A stretch of 64,000 nt of DNA from the NCBI RefSeq assembly GCF_009914755.1, contig NC_060939.1, one strand, 5' to 3'. Each line of letters opens with the position of its first letter. The first letter of the stretch is position 1. Positions 41,713 to 53,939 of the stretch are shown one piece after another. Below the pieces are notes generated by a model, which made no database searches, was not told the origin of the DNA, and worked only from the letters and a program-made list of their open reading frames with translations. The position numbers were made by a program, and so were the translations under genes. The DNA comes from the human T2T-CHM13v2.0 reference genome, Homo sapiens.

Positions 41713-42126
41713 CTAGACGCAGCGGCTCCGGGCCCGACCCGGCGGCTTCGGCGGCGGCTCCGGCGGCAGCGGCGGCCCGGGCGGCCCGCAGGGAACGGCG
41801 AGCGGCCTCCACCCAGCGACTGCGGGCGGCGGCGGCCGGAGAGAGCGAGGCGCGCGCCGGACGCCCGGGGCAGGCGGCGGCGGCGGCGGCCCAGCGCCAG
41901 GACGACGCCGCGCAGCGCCCGACGCGGACCACTTTCATGCTGATTCCCCCGGACCCGGGCAGCGCTCCGGCCACTCCGCGGGCCGCCGGCCTCCGCCCCG
42001 GCCTGCCTGGCTCCCTGGGCGCGCCCGCACCCGGCGCCTCCGATCTCCTAGTCCTCCTGATTTCGATGGCTTTCCTGAATGGCTGACTGTGGGCTGCCCT
42101 GGACTTGGCCCCCGGACAGTCGCCTC

Positions 42127-42192
42127 TCCTCCTCCTCTACCTCCTCCTTCACCACCACCTCCTCTTCCTCCTCCTCCTCCTCCTCCTCCTCC
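42127..42192 (+). repeat. (CCT)n-rich triplet repeat in the 5' UTR
   Basis: Direct reading. Confidence 0.9.
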
Positions 42193-42696
42193 GCCAACTC
42201 CTCGGCTGCACACCAGCTCTAAGAGCGAGAGTGAACGAGAGAGGGAGGGAGAGAGTGAGAGCGAGCGAGATCTTTGGAGAGATTTTTTTTTTTGCCTCCT
42301 ACTTCTGTCTTGAAGCCAGACAATCGACTTCAGCTCTCCCTCCCCTCCCTCTTTCTCCACGTTCTGCTCCCACTCGCTCTCCTGTCCCCTTCCCCTCCCC
42401 TCCCGGCGGAAAGCCCCCCGAAACCAACAAAGCTGAGCCGAGAGAAACAAACAAAACAAACACACCGGGCCAGACAAGCCATCGACAAAACTTTGCAAAA
42501 GCAAAAACAAAAAAGGAAAAACTAACCAACCTCAACCAACCAGCCCCCGAGCCACCCGGGGCGCCCTCCCGCGCCCTCTTGCACCCTCGCACACACAAAA
42601 GGCGGCGCGCCGGAGCCCGAGACCCGGGGAGCCGCCGCCGCCCCGCCGCCGCCCGCAGCCAGGGGAGCAGGAAGTCCGGACGCAGCCCCCATAGAT

Positions 42697-43138
42697 ATGG
42701 CAATGGTAGTCAGCACGTGGCGCGACCCCCAGGACGAGGTGCCCGGCTCACAGGGCAGCCAGGCCTCGCAGGCGCCGCCCGTGCCCGGCCCGCCGCCCGG
42801 CGCCCCGCACACGCCACAGACGCCCGGCCAAGGGGGCCCAGCCAGCACGCCAGCCCAGACGGCGGCCGGTGGCCAGGGCGGCCCTGGCGGCCCGGGTAGC
42901 GACAAGCAGCAGCAGCAGCAACACATCGAGTGCGTGGTGTGCGGAGACAAGTCGAGCGGCAAGCACTACGGCCAGTTCACGTGCGAGGGCTGCAAGAGCT
43001 TCTTCAAGCGCAGCGTGCGGAGGAACCTGAGCTACACGTGCCGCGCCAACCGGAACTGTCCCATCGACCAGCACCATCGCAACCAGTGCCAGTACTGCCG
43101 CCTCAAAAAGTGCCTCAAAGTGGGCATGAGACGGGAAG
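42697..43138 (+). CDS. NR2F2: NR2F2/COUP-TFII coding exon 1 (N-terminal A/B region, Q5 tract, two C4 zinc fingers)
   Basis: ATG at 42697 (gatATGG). Translation [17 protein letters not shown]...[31 protein letters not shown]...[17 protein letters not shown] is a nuclear receptor DBD with the COUP-TF P-box CEGCKS. Donor GAAG|gtatc follows 43138 (phase 1). Confidence 0.99.
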
Positions 43139-43851
43139 GTATCGGCCTCTCATTTCTCCTTCCCTCGTCCTGGGTCCCGGGGTCCTGGGTACGTTTGGCT
43201 AGCCTGCTCTGGGTAAGGACAAGAAGCCCCAAGCTCTTCTCTTCGTATTGCAGCGGAAAAGGGTTTTATACTAGAAGCGAGTTCTGCATTGGAACCCAGA
43301 CCCCAAATCCGCATGCTTTGGCCGACTGATTTCCTTCTTTACTCTCTCTTTGGGCTGTTTCCATTTCCTTTGCATTGATTGTGAGTTCACTGGAGTCTGC
43401 CTTTCTGCAAGGGATGGGGTGTTTGTTGTTGTTGTTTTAAAGCCTAGTTTACTTCTCTCTCTCTGCCCTTGTTTTTCCTGCATGTTCAACATGTCCCTCC
43501 CCCTCACCCCTTTCCCCAGCCCCCACCCTCTCAAAAAAAAAAAAAAAAAAACCTGAGATTGTACTTTTGTACAGGAGGTTCAAATTACAAATGGCAATTT
43601 TATGCACTTCGCCGTATTAACGCTGCCGCCCGGGCAGCGCTCATGTGACCCTCCGTGGATTAACATCCTGCTAAAAAAAAAAATACCTCTGCTTTCTTTT
43701 TTCCTTTCACTTTTTGAAACGAAGAGAGCGCGATAGGAAGTAGGAAAGGGTGGGCGAGGGGCCCTGGGCGGCTGCTTTCGCTCTGCGCGAGTTGGGTCTT
43801 TGTGATATAAAATTCGCCGAGCGCCGCGAGCCGTGCTTTGCCAATGGCGCG

Positions 43852-43898
43852 CTCGGCGCGGGGCGCGGGCTCCGGGTTGGGGCGAGCCAACGCCGGGG
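43852..43898 (+). ncRNA. MIR1469: Annotated microRNA hairpin miR-1469 (intron 1 of NR2F2)
   Basis: CTCGGCGCGGGGCGCGGGCTCC at 43852-43873 matches the mature miR-1469 sequence as I recall it. It can pair loosely with ...CGCCGGGG ending at 43898. Confidence 0.75.
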
Positions 43899-44338
43899 TT
43901 TCTTTGTGTTTCTGCGAGAGCGACTCTCCCGGTCCGGAGTCAGATAACAGCCTGGGCCCGAGCCTCGCCGGCATTCCCCGGCCCTTACAGGCCCTGCCCA
44001 GGCTCCGCTAGTGCCGGCCGCCTGCTCCCTGCCTCTCCCGGCTTCCTCTCTCTTTAGCCGGCCTCTCTCTCTCCGCCCTCTCCCTCCGTCTCTTTCTCCG
44101 AGCACACTGATTAGACAGACGCCAGACCTCCGCTCTCTGCTTGTCTCTCACTGGGGGGGTTCCCCGCCGGGCTGGGGCTGGGGCTTCGGGGTTTGTGGGA
44201 GAGTCGTTCCGGAGTGGCCACAGGCCGTCTGGGGTGGACCCTCGTGCCTTTTGCAAAAGCGCCTCACCCTCCCCCCAGACTCGCCCCTCCCGCTCCCTCT
44301 CCTCCAATCAATAAGAAATATCAGCTGTTTAGCAGTAA

Positions 44339-45232
<894 letters not shown>

Positions 45233-47871
45233 TAGCCCAGAGCTGGGGCCCAGAGAACTTGGGAGTCCCCAGGGCAAACCCAGTCTGCTCCTTGAAAGGC
45301 CAAACTGTTGAGTGCAACTTAAAGTGGGAACTTTTTATAGCTGCTGGGCACTACCAGGCCTGTCCTGGGGAGAGGAGAGGAAGGCTGGATTGCAGGAAGG
45401 ATGCTTCAGATAGATTCCCCACATGGGCCATAGGGCAGCCTCTGCTGCCTGTTTCCCCCATCTGCAGTATCCAGATTGGGATGCCCTCTCCTGCTCCCTT
45501 TCCTGAGCCCAGGCCCCCCGGGCCTGCTGGGCCCCAGGGAATCTCCTCAAGCCCTCGGTTTTCTCTAGCGCCCTGGCTGGGCCTCCAGGAGATGCTCTGG
45601 GCAGTGGAGCAGCCCTGACATTGTCTCTGCAGGGAAAAGTTTGCCTGCTAACTCAGTAGGAGTTGGAGCTCCAGGCAAATCCAACCTGAGGGCAGCAATT
45701 TTCAAAATCACATTCTTACTGGAATAATGCAGACTGCCAGGAGAGGCGAAAAGATGTGTCAGGATGGGGCAACAGGAGGAAAGGGACCGTCATAACTCCT
45801 CAGAATGTCTGCAGGAGGTTGAAGACTCTGGCCTCTTGCTTCCCCTGCCCAAGCAAACACTTAAGGCAATTTTCAAACAACCCAAAGTGTATGCCAACTT
45901 GGGCTGGATATGGATGTTGCTAGAGATATAAAACCATCATTGACTGCATTATGCAATCTAATTAGTTTGCATGTAGTTTAACCTGTGTGAGTAATAGAGC
46001 TGATACTAATTAACTTGAGGCAAAATGATTTTTGAAGGTGTCTGGCTTTCCATTTTGGGCCACACCTGAGCTTTTTGGCTGCCTCCAGGCTGAGTTCAGC
46101 ATAGCCCAGGTGGATGGAAATCACCAACCCCCTTTCACATTCTTGTACTAAGTTGTCAGCTGATCCTTTTGTCATGGCTGAGAGGGGAAAGGGGTTCCCG
46201 ATTAAGAATAACAAACATCTGGACGTTAGCAGGGCTTGGAACCTAGTCACCCACTACAATTTTTTAAGCTTGTTAACAGGAAACGAGGAGAGATGTGTAG
46301 TTTATGTGGCAAACATAAAGGAGGTCCACAATCTCTTCCTTATTGTTCGAAAGAAGTCTGGGGAACTAAGTCATTAGCTGAACAGCTTGCAGCTTCTTAG
46401 TCCTCAAACTGCTGTCTTGTACATTGCTGCTTTCCACATAAAACCTCCCAGCACAGCCACCCCAAATTCTGCCTTTGGAAGTCCTTAGGTAATCAATTAA
46501 AGGCCAGTGTCTGGGCAGGGAAGCTGTTTGCAGAGGTTTGGATAGGGATTATTTTTCTCGAGTGCCCCTCATACCTAGAACGTTTGCCTGCTGCAGATAT
46601 ACAGACAAGATATCTCCCTACCTCATAGCCACCTTCACCCCTGTCCCACAACCCAACACCCAGCCCACCTTCTTGGACGATGGAGGTAGTCGTTAATTTC
46701 TTGGTATCATTGCTAGCTCTTAGCCTTACCCTTGGTCTTTCAAGGAAAAAAAAATGCCTGATACTGTCGTTAACAGTTTAATTTATGACTATTTGCAAAA
46801 TGTGGAGGCCTGTGTGGAGAATGCAAATCGCCTCACAAAGAGATAAAGGTTCCTGTTATCTGATTCAGAGGGAGACACACAGTTCCGAGGATGCCGAGGG
46901 AAGGAGTCCTGTGCAAACAGATCTTTTAGTTCCTGTCCACAGACACCTCTACATTCTGTAGACATGCAGAGTCCTAGATATACATATGAGGAGGTTGCAT
47001 GTGTGTTCTGGTTCTTGGGGTGGAGGTGGTGGTGGAGATTTTCGAATATCTGTTTTAATGACTCACAATATGCATATGTTAACCCCAGTCTTGTATGGGG
47101 AGCCCTGAAAGGTCAGGTCACAACCTGAACCGCCTTTACCAAGAAGCTTCTCATTTCAAAGGCACTTACTGTATTTTCACGTATCAAAAAAGAAAAGTGT
47201 TTTCCTGAAGATAACAGGGAGGGGGGATGCTTCTCGGAGGGACCTGGGTTTTAAAAAATAAAGGGGGGTAGGAGAAAAAGGGAGAGAGAAGAAAAAGGGG
47301 GAAAAGAAACAGCTCAAATGAACAGAGAGATCACGGTTTGCATGGCTGCCCTTCAATAGGCTAAACTGACAAGATCAGTTTTAAAGGGCCACTTAAATCA
47401 GTTTCAAAGACTGGAGAAAAATGAGTCGCCCTCTTTGGGGGGAATCTGAGGCTGGATCGTGGACGCCATTACTCGGGACTGGGCCAGGTTGTCCACCCCC
47501 AACCCCCAACCCCTATATAATTATAAGCCAAACTATTATTTACAGAGGAGGAGGGGAGAGAGTGCTGGTAGTTTTGGTTTCTTCTGTTTACTGACTTGGG
47601 CCAGACAGACCCAATGCACTTTTGCTTGGGCCTCTCAATGACCCAGGCTAAGGACTCGGGCAGTGAAAGCCTGTAGCACACTGAGCTATGTTTTATTTTA
47701 AAGCAAACACTTCCTCAGGACCATCTCTTGCTCTTTCTTCCCCCACCCCGCCTCCCCCCCTTAAGTTTTCAGTACATAGACATTTGCTCCAACTCCGGTT
47801 GGGGCAGTTTGACAGAGCTCTGTGCACACACCTCATGTGACCCAATTCAAACCTCTTAATCTGATGACTGA

Positions 47872-48210
<339 letters not shown>

Positions 48211-50850
48211 ATAAATAAAATAAGAAGGGGGAGTGAAACAGAGAAAGAAAAGGCAAAAGACTGGTTTGTTTGCTTAATTTCCTTCTGTTAAGAAAGGATA
48301 TAAAAGGATGTTACAAGTTTGCTAAAAGAAGAGAGGGGAAGAATTTAATGGACTGTGAATTTCAAAAAAAAAAAAAAGACTGTCAAATGAACTTTTACAG
48401 AATGCATTAAAAAAAAAAAAACTCCTGTGTCGGTCAGAACAACTTGCTACTTATCATTTTTGTATAAAAAGGAAATTAGTCTTTTTCTTTTTTTGGTAAA
48501 TTTTTGAAAAATATTGCTAAAAGTGCATTTAAGGAGATTGGGAGACAATTAGCAGAATGGAGAAAGTAAGTCTTTTTTTTTTCCAAATTATTAATTGTCC
48601 TGTGTCTATGTACCTCTAGCTGTTCTTTTTTGTACTTTTCTGGTTCCAAACCAGTTTATTCTGTGGTTCTATAATAAGTTTTGATATAATCTTGGCTTCT
48701 TAAAAACTGTGTATCATTAAAATATATGTTCTGCAAGAATTAAAACTGAGTCCATGAAAATACCATAGGAAGACATAAAACTTTAAAAGGCAACTCAAAG
48801 ATGATGGAAACGCACTTACAAGTGGTGACCAAAATTTTTAGGTGAAGTCGAGCACTCTAATTAGAGAACTGGAGGAACCACATATAACACTTAACTTCCC
48901 CTACCCTGCCCCTCCCCAAAAGAAACCATGACAAACCTAGCTTTTAAAAAATATTTTAAGAAAGAGAATGAACTGTGGAATTTATTGGCAGCCAAGGAAT
49001 GTGTCCAAGACACATGCTGAGGTTTTGAATAAAAAGTGAACTTTTGTAATTTGAATTGGGTCCCGCTTAGTTCTTGAATTGTTATGAAAATCCTATATCT
49101 GTTTGTATATTTGCAAACCCTTTGTATTATAATTGTTGATATTTTCCCTTTTTAAAAAATACCATTGAAATCAGCATGACAAAAATAACACTGTTGGCAC
49201 TTATAGGTAACGTGATTGATTCAGTATCTTAGAGTTTACAGTTTGTGTTTTAAAAAAACTGAAGGTTTTTTTTTTAAGTGCAACATTTCTGTATACTGTA
49301 AAAGTTATAATAACTGAACTGTTTGGTCGAGTCTTTGTGTGTTATATTCCAAGGAAAATTGAAAGTATTCAGAAATTAAAATATTATTTGATATCTGAAA
49401 CCTGGCTGTCCCCACTCACTGTCTTTACATCTAGAAGAGCCCCTGTGAGCTCTCGCTTAGCTGGCCGGGCGGGGGGTGGTGGGGGGGGGCATTTGTTTAC
49501 TCCCCTCAGTCAGTTTGTTCAAAGGTGGACTACTGTATTTGCCTGTTTAATTTGGGTGTGTGTGTGTTGGGGGGGGAGCTGAAGTTAATGGTTTATCTAT
49601 GGTTTAGGAAGTGCCATACTGATATAGTAAACCACCCCCATTCACCTAATCCTCCTTTTAATTAAAAATGGATTTTCCAGGAAAAAAAAAAAGGCCCTTA
49701 TATTTGTCACACTTAAGTGCCTGCTTAGGGAAGGTATTGTGAAAAAGTATTAGAAATCTTGAGATCAGTATCTATTTTATGATCAGAAAAAAATACTCTT
49801 TTGTACATTTCTGACAGTTACTCAGAAGATCGTTCAAGCAAGCTAATCACAGCATTGTAACTAGAGGACAGTTGTTTGCAGTGAGTTTTTCCTTAAGTAG
49901 GTACGATTTTTTAAAATATTCTGTGATTCTACTCTAGCGTGGTTGTTGAGAGAGTTTCAAATTCAGTGATACAGGTTCTAAGACTGAAAGGTCTACTTTT
50001 AATGTATATATGATAACTTGCAGTTGGTTTCCCTCTCCCCTCCCCCCCTTTACCTTCAGTCTGTGAGAGCATGACCACAGGGTCAAGGGAATCTTTTCCA
50101 TTGGAGTTATGTACATAAAAACACATCGACATTTTGACATTTCAGATTGTGTGGCTACAATCTGTACTGCTCTTGGGATCCTTTGTCCTTAGAAGCCAAA
50201 TTAAGGAAGAGAAAGCAGGACAGAGAAAAAGAAAGAAGGAAGGAGGGAAACTTTACAGGGTGTGCTGATTTGGAAGTAGTAACTATTTCTTTTGGAGTCT
50301 TTTTTTCATTTTTCCTCTTTCTCTTTTCCTGGTTTGGAGGAAGCTCGGTGCTGGGAGCTTGCAATTTTGTTCTTATTCAAGGTTTCCAACCCACCCCCCC
50401 ACCGCCAGTACTTCATCATGTTGTGGTTTAATTCTAATTGGTGGGGGGGGGGGAGGACTAGTGAGGGAGGTGAAAGAACAGGGATAATTTTGTAAAGTGT
50501 ATTAAACGTTAATATTCAGATCCAGTCAATACATGCAGACCAGTAAAATCTGATTTGTGCAGAGTTCTCCATCTGACTCTCACTTATTTCTGTAGATATA
50601 TACATATATAAATACAAGTATGTTCTTACGGCACAGTATTGCTGACCTTTAGTTCGAGGTTTTGTCGGTTGTTGTTGATTTTCTTCCTCTTGCAAGTGCT
50701 ATCCATGTGAGTGTGTGAAGTTTCTCTAATAAGTAAAACACAGGCCCTTTTCCTTGTTTGTTTTGTGTTAGTTTATTGTAAACAGCCATTTGTTGTAAAT
50801 TATTATTGGCATTAAATTATAATTTATGATTTTCAAAGCAAAAGACAATC
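48211..50850 (+). other. NR2F2: NR2F2 3' UTR (long form; end approximate)
   Basis: AU-rich sequence after the stop codon. Poly(A) hexamers at 49028-49033 (AATAAA), 49375-49380 (ATTAAA) and 50811-50816 (ATTAAA), the last followed by a U-rich downstream stretch. Confidence 0.75.
50811..50816 (+). terminator. NR2F2: Distal polyadenylation signal ATTAAA of NR2F2
   Basis: ATTAAA preceded by TGTA elements (ttgtaaac, ttgtaaat) and followed ~35 nt later by cctgttttattatgctt. Confidence 0.65.
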
Positions 50851-51289
50851 CCTGTTTTATTATGCTTTAAGCATGTGTTCTAGACGTTGGAAATCTCTCT
50901 CGCACTCTTAAGTTTAAGCAATGAGCTTGGGGTCTGCGAGGCAGAAAAACAGGACCCAAAATTTTTCAACCGGTTAAAACAAACCCCCTTGTATATGTTT
51001 AGAGTGGCCGGAGGAGGATCTGTTTAGAGTCTTGAGTTCGGTTTAAGTTTATTGCATTTAAAGAAAGTTTTTCTTTTCACGCTGAGTTAGAACAAAAGAT
51101 CTTTGCTGCGACTGAATTGGACAAAAGACGAGGGCTGGGACCCAGCGAGCGCGTTCTGTGTGAAATTGACGAGATCTTTAAAAAAGCTGCTAAACATGGC
51201 GACTCTTTCCCTTTAAGTGTCTCTTTTTCCTTGCTGGGTTTTTTTTTTTTTTTTTTTTTCATCTGATCTGAGCTCGCTTTATTTCTTTT

Positions 51290-52700
51290 CCCAACCCCGC
51301 TCCCCCTCCTCCTCGTGGCGCTCGGGGGTGTGAGAGAACCCAGTTAGACGCGAAATGCAACAATAGTGCAAGGAGAGAGAGGGGCGCTCGCTGCTTCTCG
51401 CCACTTTCAAACAAACCTGGGGGAAGATTGAGCCCGGGGGGGATTCCAGCCTGCTCGCTCGGCTCGCGGTCGCCCTGCCTCGGCCTTTCACCATTAGCTC
51501 TCCCTGGGCCGCGAGGAGCTGGGGCTCAAAGTTAGCGGGCGACGTCCGAGGCTTAGCCTCTAGCCGGCTGCAGGGACGGGGGCCTGGAGTTGGCAGCTGC
51601 TGCGGGAAAGTGCCTGCCCCCCAGCCCCCGCCCCCACTTACGTGCGGCAGAATTCCGCCAGCGCCCCGGGAAAGTCCGGGGTGCCGGGCGCGCGGAGCTG
51701 CACTCCTGGGATGTGCATTAAGCGGCGACAGGCGGGGGGGGCGAGGGCGGGGGCGGGGGGCGGTCAGGGGGAGCTCGAGCGTGTGAAACTCTGCCTCGAA
51801 TCTCGCTTTTGACTTGGTCCTATGAGCTGAGCCAACATGGCGTCTCCCACTGCACCGCGAGCGCCGGGCTGCCAGGCTCGGCAGGGCCGGGTAATAGAAA
51901 ACACATTGGTTACCAAAAAGAAAAAAAGGAGGGCGGGGGGCGCTAAAGGCCATTCCGTCTGCAGGCAGAAAACCCTTTTTTAAACTCTTGCTGGCAAGTG
52001 AGTCCGGTCCTCGGTTCTTTAATTAAAGCAACAGAATTCGTAAGGAAAATATTGGTAACGCTGTACCTTCTCCCCTCCCCCTCCCATATTCAGGAGAGTT
52101 GATTTCCTGTCCCCTCTCCTTCCAAGAACCAAATTAGAAAAATAAAAAGTCTGTATCCGCAAATGATCTTAAATGTTTGAATGGTATAGGGGGATGGGAA
52201 GAGGACGGTCTTTACAGACCTCGGTCAGTTCTCGCGCTCATTAATGCAGGGGCTGCGCCGGGGTTTGCGCGGGCCCGAGCGGAGCTGGGGCGCGGTGGGG
52301 AGGGCGGAATGCGAACCCCGCTGGACTTGGGCAGAACTTGCTGCTTTTGCACGCCCAAGTTGTGGGAAAGGAGGCTTTCCGGGCGGAGGGTTGATTGGGG
52401 GGTGGGAGGGTCTAGCAGGGGCTGAGGGCCGGTTCCAGGCGGGTGGTCGCAGACCCTAGAAATGTGTGAGCCCGCGTGGACTGTGCCCCTGGCAGGAGAG
52501 CGACTGCAGCGGAGGACCCTCTTTCTCTAATAGGTTTGAGAGTGGGCAAGGGCGGCCGTGGGACAGACCTGGCCTCCTAGAGAGGGTCTTCTGAGGGCCT
52601 CTGCAGAGATAGTGGATCCGGGCCCAGGCTCCCTTCTCGGGCGGATGGGATATCGCCCCGCCACGTCCAGCTCCATCCCCAGCCCCGGCCTGGACAACCC
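51290..52700. promoter_or_regulatory. CpG island just downstream of NR2F2
   Basis: CpG-dense sequence with GC boxes, YY1-like AACATGGCG at 51834 (another just left of the island at 51193) and a reverse CCAAT near 51905. Confidence 0.8.
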
Positions 52701-53939
52701 TCTCCCTCAGCCGCCTGGGATACTCTCTGAATTCCAGGCCTCGTCAAGATTTATTGAAGTTGGGCTTAAAAAACGTGCTTCAGATGATTTTTCCCATTTT
52801 CTCAGATTTCAAAGGCTCCCTGCAGTGCGGCTGCCTAATTAATGGTGAAATTCAACTAAATCTAATTATGCAGTAATTTTAAAGCAGTTAGTGCTGGGCG
52901 TTGGTTTGTAATAGGACCTCAGTTTTTTAAAGTTTGCTTACTGTGTTGGTTTAGGGGAAAGCTATTTTTTGTATGGTAAAGAAAGACCGGGAAGTAGTAC
53001 TACTGGAGGAACCAGAGGGCTAAGAACCGCTCCCCACCCCACCTCTATCTCCATCCCCAATTCTATCTCGTTTTCCTTCTGTTTTTTCTATCCCAAGCAC
53101 ACGGTAAAAAGCTGAGCAAGGTGCTAACCCAACAAGGAGACCCTATTTCATAGCCAAAGGGGAAAGAGAGAATCTTTCATACAGAGACACAAAGGGCTTG
53201 GTATCTGTCCTGGAGGCCTCTGTAAATGCCCCCAAACCCGGGAAGGGATTCTCATCTCCTCTAATAGAGAACAGATTTCCTCCTCTTAACATCCATTGTC
53301 ATTAAGGCGCAAAGCTGACTCTTGGAGTTGTAAATCTTATCGTCCTTCTGATAACACACTTGTAATAAGTTAGCGTCCTATTCAAAGTGAATTGTAAAAC
53401 TGCCTCATTTAATATGGCATCTGTGTCATTAAAACTTTTATTTTTCTCCCCCTCGTGTCTTGCAGGTTTGGCCTTGGGGCTAGCGCTGAAGTCTCTGCCT
53501 ATGGGGCCTCTGGGGTAGGGCTGAGGGGAAGAAAGGTGTGAAAGACGGGCTGCCTGGATTCAGCCTCTGGATCTTAGACCGGGGTGAGAGACCCGAGGCA
53601 GAATGGGCCTGGGGGGTGGTGTCCCTCTATCCCATCTCCCCCGGAGCGGCCCCCTCGAAATGACGTTCCTTGAAAGAAACATGCTTGTGATTAGCTAAGC
53701 AAACACATCTGCTTTCGGAGTTGGGCCTTCGTTAATTAGCTGAACAAAGGGCCGTTTTGCTTTTTACCTTTTGCTGGGGAGAGTGTGTTATTTCAGGAGT
53801 GTTGCGGGCCCTCCTCTTTTCAATTGCAGCCACGACGTTAATTTTATTGGGATTACTGATGGGAAATGAGGTGGCGCAGGCTTCCGAGAGGAAAAGCTTG
53901 ATCATTACCCCCTTTGGAACTATATTTTTCCACCCAACC

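Larger units (their letters stand above)
41291..42696 (+). other. NR2F2: NR2F2 long 5' UTR (start approximate)
   Basis: Runs from ~30 nt after the first TATA-like box to the ATG. Contains GGC/GCA and CCT repeats and five uATGs (41543, 41624, 41937, 42066, 42079). Confidence 0.75.

Noticed and set aside
42105-42899. 264-aa plus-strand ORF overlapping the 5' UTR and exon 1
   Set aside because: Starts at TTG, is low-complexity and repeat-derived, and is out of frame with NR2F2; expected in GC-rich DNA.
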